Source: Octopus sinensis
Taxonomy: Eukaryota
NCBI RefSeq assembly: GCF_006345805.1
Contig: NC_043000.1
Span: 106,268,001 to 106,332,000, forward strand
Length of the DNA stretch: 64,000 bases
Direction of reading: 5' to 3'
Shown here: positions 13,840 through 27,300 of the stretch, in pieces
Position numbering within the stretch: the stretch's first letter is position 1
Layout of the letters: every line of letters begins with the position of its first letter
The notes under the pieces: generated by a model
Databases searched by the model: none
What the model saw: only the letters and a program-made list of their open reading frames with translations
What the model was told of the DNA's origin: nothing
Position numbers and translations under genes: made by a program

Positions 13840-14530
13840 ATGTTATACACAATCTTCATTTCCACTAGCATTACACACTATTTCCTTTTTAATATCTTAC
13901 TAAATCTCTTTTCCTTCCTTTTATATGCTTAAATATATACATATATACATACATGTGCTTAAATACATATATTCACATATAGACACACATATAATATTAA
14001 AACATATAGACACACACATATATTAAAACATATATTAATAAAAAACATACTAATTAGACATTTCAAAAATCATAGCTTCTTTTTCTGAACCAGAATGAAA
14101 TTGAAGGAGGCTTGTATTTGTATAAATAATACTTAATTGCATGCATACAAGGTGTTAACAGCTAATTTCCTTTGTTCGCACTGTTGGTGTTTTGAGTCAA
14201 AATTCTCAAGTTTTCCTTCAAACACACCACACCTTTGATTTGAAGCTCCTGTTTCCATAAAGTTCCGCATTATCTACAATAGACCAGGTAATTTTGAATT
14301 CATGAGGACGTGTATCATGAAGAACCATATAAATTTTGACAAAGCTGTTGCAAATTTTATGATGGCGTTGACAAATGAATGTTTATGCTTGTAATAGCAG
14401 TTTTTTAATGTGATTTCCGTTACCCCAATATATGTTTTACGTTGATGATCACTGTTACTTGATTCAACCTTTGCTCTGTAAACTTTCGATTTTGCCAAAC
14501 AGTTCCCATCTAGTGGACGTCCCTCACAAA
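13400..14530 (-). mobile_element. Penelope-like element 3' fragment (GIY-YIG endonuclease C-terminus + pLTR remnant)
   Basis: ORF 14274-14498 VYRAKV...KTYIGVTE..LK..Y..HKHSF...TALSKFIW. Downstream C..CLKE..RI...N....C.H..K motif near 14230-14125. GAAAC..GTA and CTGAAGA remnants at 13440-13487. Confidence 0.75.
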
Positions 14531-14534
14531 TTCT

Positions 14535-14901
14535 AAAGGCTCTGATTTCCAGTACTCAGAGTTGCTTGTTTCTGATCATCAGTTGGTAAACCGAGTCTGG
14601 TTTTCCTATTTTCTAAGTATAAAGAAAATATTGAATAGGAACTGTTTTGAGGTTAATTATTCAGTTAGCAAAAATTTTGGGTGTTATATCAAAGGTTATA
14701 ATGCCACAAGCTGAATAGAAAAGAGATGCAAACAGCTAGCCAGCAAAGATTATGCATCTTTTTTTTGCTAACTGAATAATTAACCTCAAAACAGTTCCTA
14801 TTCAATATTTTCTTTATACTTAGAAAATAGGAAAACCAGACTCGGTTTACCAGCTGATGATCAGAAACAAGCAACTCTGAGTACTGGAAATCAGAGCCTT
14901 T
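14535..14901. repeat. ~140-bp inverted repeat with hammerhead-like motif on each arm
   Basis: 14535-14675 is the reverse complement of 14762-14901. Motif ccag-CTGATGA-T-cagaaacaa-GCAA-ctctgag-TA-ctgg at 14850-14887 (GAAA mutated to GCAA). Confidence 0.7.
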
Positions 14902-15255
14902 CAGTTATAATGTATAAATTATATATATAAATATAAGTATATACATAGGAAAAATACTAAGAAAAATATTTTTAATGTGTCAGTATTTTATACCTGCTGT
15001 GTTTGAGAAGACCTATTGAGTCAAGTACATCAACATCAAAATAATAATCAAAGGGAAATTGTAGTTGTGATACCCGTGCCGGTGGCACGTAAAAAGAACC
15101 ATCCGAACGTGGCCGATGTCAGCACCGCCTTGACTGGCTTCTGTGCCGGTGACACGTAAAAAGCACCCATTACACTCAAGGAGTGGTTGGCGTTAGGAAG
15201 GGTATTCAGCTGTAGAAACACTGCCACATCAGACTGGAGCCTGGTGCAGCCTCCC

Positions 15256-15310
<55 letters not shown>

Positions 15311-15524
15311 TAATGTAGGATAAAATTTTTTTCGAAAAAAAATTTTATCAATGGCCAGCATATCAAAAAATACCTTTAAAGGTTAAATTTATAAATAACT
15401 TATAAAATAAGGGCAAAAGAAAAATTCTAATGCCAAATATGCCGAAAAAAGACAAAATTGTCAATAACCATTATAATTTATGTGTCTCGAAACATGCCGA
15501 TAGAAATTTCTAAAAATTCCGTTA

Positions 15525-15585
15525 TTACCGTATTGGTCCCAATTTCGGGGTTAATTCATAAGAATTTTCCCCTCGTCAGCGATAA
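15525..15585 (-). ncRNA. Type I hammerhead ribozyme, canonical core
   Basis: Minus strand: ttatcg-CTGACGA-gggg(aaaattcttatgaattaa)cccc-GAAA-ttgg(ga)ccaa-TA-cggtaa. All three stems pair; AUA cleavage triplet. Confidence 0.8.
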
Positions 15586-16028
15586 ATACATAAGACATAA
15601 ATGAAATACTTACTCATACCCATGGAAAAAACAAGCACTAAGTCCTGAGCAGATCCAAATATCCCAAATATATCCAAAATAGAAAATCTTCAGCACATCT
15701 CGAGACACGTGTGATTCGATCTAGAAACTTTCGCAGAGTAAGAGAACCCGGAAGTGAACACTATTACATTTATAACTAATGTAGGATGTCAATAACCATT
15801 ATAATTTATACGTCTCGAAAAAAATTTTATCCTACATTAGTTGTAAATTTAAGTGTTCACTTCCGGATTCTCTTACTCTGTGAAAGTTTCTAGATCGAAC
15901 CACACGTGTCCTGAGATGTGCTGAAGATTATCTATTTTGGATATATTTGGGATACTTAGGTCTGCTCAGGACTTAGTGCTTGCTTTTTCCATGGGTATGA
16001 GTAATGATTTCATTTATGTCTTACATAT

Positions 16029-16089
16029 TTATCGCTGACGAGGGGAAAATTTTTATGAATTAATCCCGAAATTGGGACCAATACAGTAA
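16029..16089 (+). ncRNA. Type I hammerhead ribozyme (second copy, one stem I mismatch)
   Basis: ttatcg-CTGACGA-gggg...tccc-GAAA-ttgggaccaa-TA-cagtaa. Confidence 0.7.
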
Positions 16090-16194
16090 TAACAGCATGT
16101 TTCGAGACATATAAATTATAATGGTTACTGACAATTTTGTCTTTTTTTCGGCATATTTGGCATTAGAATTTTTCTTTTGCCCTTATTTTATAAG

Positions 16195-16251
<57 letters not shown>

Positions 16252-16254
<3 letters not shown>

Positions 16255-16623
16255 CGGGAAGCTTTATGAAAATAAACAAAAGACGAAGGCAGGTGGAAGA
16301 CAAACGAACAATTGTATTAGTATGGCGCTCAGGAAATATAAATAAAACAAGTCTTTAACGTTTCGAGCCTACGCTCTTCAACAGAAAGATACACAGAGAG
16401 AGAAAAACACAGAAAGAAGGAGAGAAAAAAATGCGTGCAGTAGCTAACGAATCAACATGGCGATCTGATTTCGGCCAGAGGTCAAAGATCAAACATGAGA
16501 CGCGAGAGCGAAATAAGGGGAGATAATAGGGTTGATAAAAGGGTTGAGTGACCAGCTAAAAGTGCGTGGGAGGGGTCTGGATGTGTGTATGTATAGGGTT
16601 GGTGTATGTATTAGTATGTATAC

Positions 16624-16666
<43 letters not shown>

Positions 16667-17813
16667 AGAGAGTATTAGTGCGTAAGATTGGTCTGGACGT
16701 GCGTATGTATGGGGTTGGTGTATGTATTAGTATGTATTAGTATGTATTAGTACGTATTGGTATGTATAGGTGTGTGTGTGTGTGTGTGAGAGAGTATAAG
16801 TGCGTATGCGGGGTCTGGACGTGTGTATGTATAGGGTTGGTGTAAGTATTAGTATGTACTAGTATGTATTAGTACGTATTAGTATGTATTAGTTGGTGTG
16901 TGTATTAGTATGGCACATCATATGTGATGTGATGTGTAAAGTCATGTGGTGTAGTGAGGAGAAGAGGGGGAGGGGGAGAAGGGGGGGAGAAGGGGAGGGG
17001 AAGAAGAGGGGGAGGAGAAGGGGGAAGAGGAGACGATGGGGGAGAAGGAAGGTGAGGAGGGGGATGAAGGAGGAAAGAGGGAGAGGGGGAGAGAGAGAAG
17101 GGGAGAGAGGGAGTGAGGGAGCAGAGGGAAGGGGAAGAGGGAGGGAGAAAGAGGGAAGAAGGGAAGGGGAGTAGGGGTGAAAGGATGAAGGACTGAAGAA
17201 GTAGGGGTCGGGGGGAGAAAGGATAGGTGAGGAGGGGGGAGAGGGGGGTTAGATGAGGAGGGGGGGAGAGTTGAGACCAAATGGCGTATAAGAGCGAAGA
17301 GAGAAGATTAATTCCTGTTCACGGCGCAAACGGGAATCCGGATGGCCTCTGTGTAAGGACAAACCGAACACAGATAGGTGTTGCAAGGAGTGACCGGTGG
17401 AGCGGAAATGGCGTGAGACCGGTGTGTCGTTCGCAAGGTGGATGTCACGAAGGTGGAGACGTAGGGTCGTGGGGTGGTAAGTGAGGGGAAAAGGGAGGCG
17501 GGAGACTACAGGGCGGGTTCGGGGAGAGAGAGCAGATACACGGTCCACGGACCGTGCTCTGGCAAGGGCGGTGTGGATAGTGGTGAGGGGGTATCCACGT
17601 AGGGTGAAGTGGTGAGCCATACGTTGAGACTGAGTCTCAAAGTCATGGTCGTCACTACAGAGCCTACGTAGACGGAGGAATTGGGAATAGGGGATGGAAA
17701 GCTTGGTGTGTTCTGGGTGGGAGGAAGAGAAGTTGAGGTATGAGTGTGAGTCTGTGTGTTTGTAGTGAATGGAGGTGGTAAGAGTGGAGTGAAGAATGCT
17801 AACCGAAATGTCA
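16252..17813 (-). mobile_element. Penelope-like element, 5'-truncated and internally deleted, with 3' pLTR
   Basis: ORF 17249-17813: RT thumb (TSIHYKHTDSHSYLNFSSSHP...SIPYSQFLRLRRLCS...RGYP) fused to GIY-YIG C-terminus (PVSRHF...H...RLRREQELIFSL...PFGLN). TA runs at both ends. Confidence 0.85.
16352..16389 (-). ncRNA. Minimal hammerhead-like motif in Penelope pLTR (A6U, extra A)
   Basis: Minus strand: tcttt-CTGTTGA-A-gagc(gtag)gctc-GAAA-cg-TT-aaaga. Confidence 0.55.
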
Positions 17814-18206
17814 TATATATATAATGTAACTAAAGCAAGTTTAGCTTTTTTATCGTAAGTGGAGAATAATTTTATTCTGTGTTTACATGTATGAAAAATG
17901 AAATTATAAAGATACTTTATCACAGAATGTTTTCATATCATAGTTCAACTGAAATTATATTGATATACATATTCTTGAGGTGAGTTTCACGTATATACTT
18001 TATATAAACATTATAACAAAAGTGAGAAGGGCGGACGGGAACAAGAAAAATAAGTCACATCTTGCTTCAAGTCTTTTGTATAGAAAAAGGTTTTAGTACA
18101 AATATTTTTGAGCTTTGCAGCTAAAAGGAGCTTATAGCAGTTAAGGAAAAAAGTCATATTTAACCCCAAGCAACTTGGTTGCACCAACAGTAACATCTCG
18201 GTTTGG

Positions 18207-21143
18207 TGTATCGCTTTAGTTAAGCTATACACAAAAAATTAACGGAAACCCAGAATGTGTTAGTGAAAGCTTTATTTAGTTGAACACATGAGAGAGACAG
18301 CCGCCAGTCAACTTCGCCGTAGACCAGTTCCCTAGCTAGCTCGCAGTGAAGTTCCTGTCTACAGTTCATCTGTCATAAATCCCTAGGCAGTGCCCTACAT
18401 ATAGCTCCCCCCCCCCCCGAACTGTTGACTGCCATTGGAACCGGGAAGGTGTTTTAGCTGCCCTTCCCGTGCATATGGTTACTCGGCACTTTGGTGACTG
18501 TTCCTTGCTAAGGATTGATGTGATTTGCCTGGGGCAGCCTCTGTTTGGTGGTTGAGCTACTTGAACGGGGCTGTCAACATCGAGATGGGCTGGTTTCAAC
18601 CTATCGATGGAAACTGTGTCTTGTCGTTCGCCTATTAGGAGTTGGAATGATTTGTCTCCCAGACATATGATTCCATATAGGCCATTGTATGGTGATTGGA
18701 GGGGTTTTCGTTTTGTGTCATGTTGAATGAACACAAAGTTAGCCGTGCGGTTGGTCATTTGGTACAGATGATCTAGGCGTATCATGTGGTGATATGGGAA
18801 TAGGGTGCAACTAGCCCACACTGTCTCAGTTGCGCGAGTTACCTTTTGACATCTGGGTTTGACTTCATGTTTGGAAGGAACTCTCTTGGCATTATAAGAG
18901 AGTTACCATACGGAAGAAGTGTTGAAAGTTTCCCTTGGAGCAGTGCAGATTCCCAGCATCACCCATGGAAGTTAGTCAATCCAACTGGGCCTGTTTAGTC
19001 CGGTTGTCAGGGATTCCCTCAGACTGTGGTTAAATCTCTCCTCTAACCCGTTGGCTTGTAGGCTCTTGTGCGCTTCATTGTGATTCCAAAAAGATCACAC
19101 ATGTCATTCCACAGCTTTGGGGTGAATTGTGGACCCCGGTCTGATGAGATGCTGTCTGGGACACCGAAACGGGTTACCCAGTTTGTGATGAAGGCTCGGT
19201 TGACTTCTTGTGTTTCTATGCTGCGGAGAGGAATAGTCTCAGGCCATAGGTACGAGTGACCCCGTGTAGGTGGTAGGGGGCTGACAAGGTCAATGTTGAC
19301 ATGGCAGAAATGGGCTTGTGGTGGTTCATAGTTGCCGAGGAGTGCTTTGGTGTGTTGATGAACTTTGGCTTGTTGACAGGGGATGCCGGTCTTAGTCTTC
19401 TCCTAAATTTGCTTGGCCATACTGTGCCAGATAAATTTGCTTGACAGCAGGCACCGTACGGCTCTAGTACCTGTGTGGGACAGTCTGTGAAGTCCTGTAT
19501 GTGGGATTGCTGTCGGGTGTTGAGTCTACGTTGAGATGGTGGTAATCTCCGCAAGACCACCAACCTCAGTTGGGTTTTGGTGCCACAAGCAGGGGCGACA
19601 ACCAAGGACTGCTTGATTGGCGAACTATGCCCAGCGCTTCCATATTGTCAAACTCGACCTTTGCGATAGCAAGTTTGTCTGGTGATAGAAGTGTGCGGTT
19701 TTGCACTGGGGGCCGGGGGTGAAGATGTGGTGTGTCTCTCAATGGCAGAGTAGTGAGATTGGAGCGACTCACGAGGAGATTCAAGAATTCGTTCTCGGTC
19801 AGAGAGACAGTTGCTAAGCGGGAGGCGACATTTACATTTGTTGCCAAAGACACGGAAGTGTGTGGTGCTGTTGATGAGTCGTCTCCCCTACAAACCAACC
19901 AGTAGCAAGCGTACTTGAAAAAGTCTGCCCGATAATACGCTGATGGACATCGGCGGTGGTGAATGCCCATGTGTATTTTTGAGAGCTGATGTTGAGAGAA
20001 AGGATGCGGCGATCATATGCCTTGATTGTGGAACCATTGACAGCCATTAAAGGTTGGCCCTGCTTTCCATAACGGAGGTCCCTTGCCAATGCTGGGATCA
20101 CGCTGACTTCTGCTCCTGTGTCGATTAGAAAGCTACGTCTGGAGTGCCGATCACGGACATAGAGCAACAATTGATCGTGTTTGCCGGCCACCAGGGTATT
20201 CAATGGCGGCTAGCCCTGGAGTTTCCTGGATCCGATGGCCAAGGGGTCCTGAAGATATATGTATATATTTGGTTGTTTGCACTTCGTAGCCTTTTTTTCC
20301 AATCTTTGTGTGGAAGAAGCACAGGTCGTCTTACTTAAATCTACCATGTCTCAAGACCAACCTAATAGCATTGATAAAAAATGTTTGTCGGCTGCTTTCA
20401 CTAACTACCGCAAGTACTTGATCTCATTCTGAGTTATGAGGGCCTGGGGTGGTAACTAGCGGAGGAATATTTCCCTAAACAAAAAGGAAGGCGACTCACC
20501 AGGATGAACTAATGCCTGCATCTTGTCTATCAACTCTGAAGGCTTGGAATCGCCTGATTCTTCCTCCAGTATCTTGGCTGCAGCTTCTCGGTCGCTCCAC
20601 CGGAATGTATCCATCAGCCTGTCTTTTAACATGGTGTATTTATGGGTTGCTGGAGGTTGGGTTAAAGTGCCCAGCACCCTTGTTGCCGTGTCCTCATCTA
20701 GTGCTGCTACACTCCACGAATATTTCGTTAAATCTGAAGTTATCTTGTGTGTGTCAAATTGTGCTTCCGCCTGCGCGAACCATAGCTCAGCCCTCTTTGA
20801 CCAGAATTGTGGTACCTTCAGCGTTGTTGTGTGATTGCTTGCTATGTTTCTTTGATTTTCTGTTTACTTCGATGAGTGAAGTGAAAGGTGTTGTTCTTTT
20901 ATGGGGTCACCAGTTATAGCTTTATCTAAGCTATACACAAAAAATTTAACAGAGGACTTGAATGTATTAGTGAAAGATTTATTTCGTTGAACACATGAGG
21001 GCAACACCTACCAGTCAACTCCTGCTTCGTAGATGGCTGCTTAACCTGAAGTCAATTTCGCCGCAGACCAGCATCTCAGCTAGCCTGCAGTGAAGTTCTT
21101 GTGTACAGTTCATCTGACATAAATCCTTGGGGAGTGCCCTATA
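18207..21143 (-). mobile_element. Gypsy LTR retrotransposon, internally deleted and degenerate
   Basis: LTRs at ~18207-18399 and ~20915-21143. PBS TGGTGACCCC at 20903-20912 and poly-G PPT at ~18407-18419. Gag (KVPQFW...WFAQAEAQF), protease (FLIDTGAEVSVIP), RT start (SSSPWLSPLLVAPKPN) and integrase C-terminus (PLQSPYNG..TVSIDRLKPA). No clear TSD. Confidence 0.9.
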
Positions 21144-21299
21144 GGTATACATTTACATCAACCGCTTTAAAGCATGCACTGTTTATTTATATAAACTGTC
21201 ATTGCTGGGCAGAACGCTCCTGCAGTATTAGCGCAGAAATAAAATCACTCGACAACATAGGTCAAACAAATAGTGTATATTGACTTAACAAAACAGCAA

Positions 21300-22130
21300 A
21301 AATTAACTTTGATAAGGTAAATCTAAAAATAGTGCAATACATAATGGGATATGACAGTCTGTGCATATATATCTTGTATCCTTGCGGCGCTTGTGCACTG
21401 CGCACAGCACATAATTTTGACACTTTCTTCTTTTTGTCAGTAGGCGGAATTGGAGTGATGAAATGTCCAAGTCCCTTGATGATTCAGCATGAGGAAGGAG
21501 CGGTGTGTAGATGCCTCCGTGATTGGTATGGTGGAAAATCCAAAACTTCTATCATTTCTTTCATAAGTAACTCACAGAAAGTTGGCACCCACAAGCACAA
21601 ACACATCATCATCATCATCAAGCATCAACCATAACAAAAACGAATTTACTGGCGTCATGTCTACCACGAATAAGAAAAATTTCTGATACTATTTCACAAA
21701 TTTGCGTGTTAACACCAGTTAATGAGAACGATTGACGTTGCCCAATGCATGATCGTACACCAACACCGCAGTTGGTTTCAATACTGGATTTCTAGTCCCA
21801 ATCTTATTTGCCAGTGTCAGACATGCCAGCAAAGAAACATTTTTCTTGTCTCTCCATACCAATGTCATAATTCCACTATCAGTGGAGCAGGATACAGTTT
21901 CGCCTCTGCGAAGTCTCCCAGAGTGATGTTGCGGCAGCATGATTTATCTGAAGGTGCGCACAGTTCCTCAGGTATTTGTTTTCCTCGTCTACAGCTGAAG
22001 AAATAGATTGGGACTGGAAAACTAGTTGTCCATACAAATGTTTTATCCTTTGTCCAACAATGCATCTTTGAGTGACAAAATAACGTTCGTGGACACTGGA
22101 ATGTCCGATTTTCTTCTCCAATGTGCATCT
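21300..22130 (-). mobile_element. piggyBac (PGBD4-like) transposase remnant
   Basis: LVWRDKKNVSLL and KPTAVLVYDHALGNVNRSH resemble KW.DK+.V..L and KP..V..YN..MGGVD.SD. Cys-rich tail RKDTRYICTDC. Frameshifted. Confidence 0.75.
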
Positions 22131-23388
22131 TATAATTTCAAGTATAGCTGTAGGCTGCACCAGACGACTGACACACCGTATATGAAATGGTGGCGTAACC
22201 GCTAAAACTACTGCTTTTATACTATTATGGTAATGAAGTCTCGAACTGAGTTGGAAATATTTACATGACGAGTCTAACAAACAGATTCCTTGAAATTTTC
22301 AATTCTATTATCAATTCCGTGAGTGATAGTGGATATTTATGCTAACTGGTACACAAACAGGCACAATAACGCAGCAAATATGGGCGCATATATTTACATC
22401 ATCCAATTCAAAGAAAGTACACAGCACACATAAATTAATGGCAACTGATGTCATGGGGCCAACTAACCTAGATCTGGTTTCTCTGATTTCAGCTTTCATA
22501 TACTTTTGTGTAATTTTTCCATATTTTTTCTTATAGTTAAACCATGTGCAGTTTAATTAAATAGGTATGTTACTTGTGACATTTCTAAAACATGTTTGTA
22601 AAACTGATGAGTGACTGTCAATACTCAATTTCTTACAGGTAGAAATGAGAAACTGAGTAGCTATTTAATGAAACATTAGAATTAAACAAATAAACTGTAT
22701 TTTGTGTATGAGTACCTTTTCTTCCATTTAGAGTGAATTGGTGGCGTCATTTGAGCATCAGACAGTCTGCTTTGCAGTATTTATTCTGACTCTATACACT
22801 CAGAATTTGAATACCACAAGCATCTACTTTCATCCTTTTAGAGTTGATAAAAAAAATGCCTTTCTAGGGTGATGGATTGGCTGAACAGTAAGAGCACTGA
22901 ATCCAATGCCTTGTGATATTTCTCCTAAATCTTTGCATTCTGAATTTAAATCCCAGCATGGCCTACTTGGATGATAGACTTAATTCCTTGCCTCATTTAA
23001 CACCACTTGGTGCCTAGGGTGGCTTTCGCAGCATTCACTCTGTTGCAAGTATCCTACCTTCCTCCATTCTCCTCACAGGTTTTGGATGCCTTGTAAAAGG
23101 TTATGGGCACTGCTTTCCTTTTTGACTTAAAAATAAAACACACACACAAATGTATGTATCATCAAAACACACACAAATATATGCTTGCATGGGCCAGACG
23201 GATTTTGTTGATGTAGAGTTTCTATGGCTGGATGCCCTTCCTGTCACCAACCCTCACCTGTTACTTCCCATAGTTAGATGTTTTTCACAAAAGCCTGGAA
23301 ATAAACAACCACAATTCTATGAAGACGATAGACATTTATAACCGTTACATGATGTCTATAGAAGGGTGCACACATATTCATGCATATA

Positions 23389-24274
23389 TTGGGTCATCCT
23401 AGAAATAATGCAGATTTTTCAATTGCATGAACTTGATTTCAGAGGGTGACAGGATAAACTACCTGCTATAAAAGCAGGTAATAATTTTACCTTGTCCTTA
23501 TTCTTAGTGCAAGTTTTGAAGAGTGCAGTCTGATTTTCAGTTATTTTTTCAAAGCTATAATGGAAGTAGCAAAGGAGAATATTCAGCATAGTTTGCTTTA
23601 TGAGTTCAATAAAGGCAACAACACAATGGAAAGTGCAAGGAATATTAATGCAGCATATGGGGATCAGACAATAAGTGTAAGCCAATGTCAATGGTAGTTC
23701 CAGAAATTCCAAGCTGGAAACTAGAGCCTCGTCCTGGAAGATTTGTAGAGCTCAACAAGGACATCCTGCAAGCCCTGGAAGAACAAAATTCCATCATAGC
23801 TGTTGAAGAACTAGCAGAGAAGCTTGGATTTGGTCATTCAACCATTCATCAACACCTGCATACCATAAGAAACCAACCATCTTTGGTTTCAAGATGAAAA
23901 GTGTTCTTCCATCAGGATAATAATGCTCGGTCACATACAGCAAGGATGACATTCCAAAGGCTGGAGCAGTTAGAATGGGAAACAATGCCTCATCCATTAT
24001 ATTCACTGGACATTGCTCCATCTGATTATCATTTCTTCTGCAGTCTTCAAAATCATTCGAACAGAAAAAATAGGAATTCTGTAGACAACATCAGAGCAGT
24101 ACTGGAGGAGTATTTTTCGTCATGGACAAATGAATTTTGGAAGAGAAGCCTTACAAGTCTACCAGATAGATTGCAGAGCAATGTAGGAAATGAAGGAGAG
24201 TATATTTTAGATTCTTAATTTTGAAAGATAAATGAAGTATAAAGAAAAATTGCATTATTTATGGGATGATCCAA
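23389..24274 (+). mobile_element. mariner transposon, internally deleted
   Basis: TIRs TTGGGTCATCC.AGAAATAATGCA / TGCATTATTTATGGGATGATCCAA with TA TSD. Motifs HQDNNARSH, HPLYSLDIAPSDYHFF and N-terminal HTH remnants. Confidence 0.9.
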
Positions 24275-24299
24275 TATATATATGCATGAGTATGTGTGC

Positions 24300-24337
<38 letters not shown>

Positions 24338-27300
24338 GGCCTCTTTCAGTTTCCATCTACTAAATCCATTCACAAGGCTTTGGTCTATAGTAGAAGGTTC
24401 TTGACCAAACTACTGCACATTGACTGAACCTAAGACCACATGGTTGGAAAGCAATCTTAACCACATAACCATGTCATCTTTTTTACATCTACTTTCCCAT
24501 ATTTGCACAAGTTGGATGTATCATGTCTCAGCATTTGTTGCATTCTTTTGTCACCTTTATTATGAAGTTCAGCATCCTGAGTTCAGTTTTCACCACTTAA
24601 ATACATGTCTACTTCTTCCACTGTCTCCTTCATTTGGGTCTCCTGGTACTTCTTTTATCCATCTGCTATCCATGCATGCTATATGTCTATACCAATGACC
24701 AATGCAGTCTTCATTCTAGCATACTTCAACTGATTCCTTTTATACCAAGTTTGCATCTCAGCTTGCCACTTTACTTTTCAGCTTTCAGACAATAAGTCTT
24801 TGGGCATTTTCCTCAGTCAGTCCCTTAATTTATAATGCCATTCAGTTTTCAATTACAAAACCGTAACATCTACAGTCACAGCTACTAAACTTCACTGAAG
24901 AGGTCTACAAAGATGAAAACATGTCCCGAGTTGATACTACACAGCTTCTATACACACCAATTTATATTATTATTTAGTACATTCCTGGTTATGGAATATA
25001 ACTAGTTGCAAAGTTATCATTGGATCTGTATCTACTATTGCACTTGACAATACTGACAACTCATCAGACATGTTGGCCAGAAGCACATATCCTCTTTAAT
25101 GTTGGAGTTAGTCTTGGTTAGCTCAGTGATAAAAAAAAAAAAATAATGGAACTAAAACCCCTTTTCTGAGAGGGAAGGGAGAGTTCCTCTTGTTTTACAA
25201 TTCCAGTCATGGCTGAAGTGGGGTTAGACAAGCATGCATATTTTTTTCTTTTCCATATTTTCTAGTCTGCAAAAAGGGAAGACCTAGTTTCAAAATAAAT
25301 TTTCTATCAGAAAAGTAGTGACTAAAATTTCACTGAGTTCAAGAAAGAACCCAGATTGTGAGAATTTTTTTTAGGATTACTCTCTTCTCAGCTAAACAAA
25401 GTTTGCATCATCTGCTTCCATTTAATTTTGAATGGTATCTTTTTCTTCTTTAATTGGTATATATAGCTGGTTAATGTAACATGGTGCAATTTTTTTTCTT
25501 AAATAGGACCTGCAGTTACTTATTATGGCCTTAGAGAAGCTTGCCATTGTTCTAATATATTTGTTGTGTATGTATTGCTCTGTTGTTGGACACCACCACA
25601 TTTACCTCATAGAACAGTGTCACATTGACCATTCACTGGGCACTCCGTGCTAATCCTACAAATGCAACTTACCTCTGCACAGGGTTTTGGCATGTTCACT
25701 AATGTCTTTTTGACACAGCTGTGAGACACTTAAGGTATGTCTTGAATAGTCTTTTATGCTTATGATACTAAATAAATCTACTAATCTAAGGAAGACCTTT
25801 CCATGGAGGTGTGGTAAACCATAAAACTTTACAACATTGCTTTATTTTGTGGGCTTTAGATTTAGGCATATAACTGAAGCAGTCCTTAAAACTGTTGGTT
25901 TTTGGGCCTTGTAATGGGCAGGGAAGACTGCTGCTTAAAAAAAAAGTCTATTCAAGGATAGGTTCAACACTCTTACTGACATTGTTTACAAGATTTTTAA
26001 AGACTATCAGCAGGTAGCCACATTGATATATGCCAGCCTTTCATTAGGTTTGCAGTGTGACCTATTTGAACCAGTGCTAAAAATCAAATATTTCATCTAA
26101 AAAATTTACTAAGGTAAGGTTGGCCTCAATGATAACCTTAAGCCTAAGAGAGTTATGGGTGTGAATCAGGTCTTTCCTAAGTCTGTCCTGAGTGTGCCTC
26201 TTCATGCCACTAGAAATGGCTAAAGCATCAACCCTATATAGACCAAAGTTGACAGGAACTTAAGACATCAAGTAAAAAAAATCCTATGAGGTCACAGATA
26301 TCATGAATAAAGACTTTGCTCATTGTAGTTGTATTGAAGTAAAGGGGTCCTTAGAGCACCAGTAAATTCCTTACAAAATCCAAAGTTCTAGTGAGGTAGT
26401 CAGTAGTGTCTGTTAGCTAGGTGGCCTAATTCATGGAGGCAGGAATTTATAACCCTCTTTTGCTGGACTAGTTATCTCCTTGTCCAGTCAGAGCTTTGAA
26501 GAATGAAAGTTCCACAAAATCCCAGCAGCCTACTCCAATTACCTGATATGCTTGCCAGCCCTGGTTTCTACAATGCTCTACCAGCACCTGGTGTCTAGCA
26601 ACATCTTAATTCATCAGAATTAATAATGAAAGAAGTTTACAATCCTACTCCATCATGTTCACAAGTTATATTGTTCCACAAATGACAAGATTTGCAGTAC
26701 TTTTACAAATAGATATACTATGAATGTCTAGTCACACTCAAACATGAAACAGTAACACTTCCTTTATAGCAGCCAAGGAATCAGTCAATTTTGCTTGGAA
26801 TTGTGTCATACTCTCTGTACAACAGAATTCAATGTAGTAAACTTCAGCTCTTAACTACCAAGTCAGTTTATTAGAATCTATAGGTCTATGTATATAGAGT
26901 GGATAATGAAAAGCAAAAACATGTCCAGACTGCAACACTGCACACCATACAACCAACTACAGCATGTCAGTGCAGTATGATCCTCAGCCAGATGGAAGCT
27001 TGGATAACTGGAACAGTAGAACTTTAGGTTAAACCTAGTTATTTGATTGGCAATACATGTGTTATGGGTCTACTCAATCAGAAACTGACATGAGCCAACT
27101 CAAAAGTAACTTTAAGAAAAATATAAATAAGAGAGCTGGAGAACAAATTAAAAAATATAAAAATAAAAGAATTACTAAAATTTACATAAGGTTATGCAAT
27201 CATATGCTACAAACCAAAGACAAACACCCTTTCACCAACAGACATTCACCAACACCCCCCACCCAAGTTGAAGAGTACCTTCAGTTTCTACAGAATTAAA

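Larger units (their letters stand above)
15309..16197. mobile_element. Inverted pair of ~466-bp HHR-bearing units (retrozyme/pLTR-like) flanked by (TA)n
   Basis: The minus unit 15309-15787 is bounded by the direct repeat ACTAATGTAGGAT. The plus copy is 15816-16197. Each has a canonical HHR. Confidence 0.75.

Noticed and set aside
16893-17280. Arg/Gly/Glu-rich and Pro/Ser-rich ORFs
   Set aside because: Low-complexity purine/pyrimidine tract in the Penelope 3' region.
24891-24930. CTGAAGA-ggtc..gat-GAAA-acatgtc hammerhead-like string
   Set aside because: Stems I and II are imperfect; too degenerate to call.
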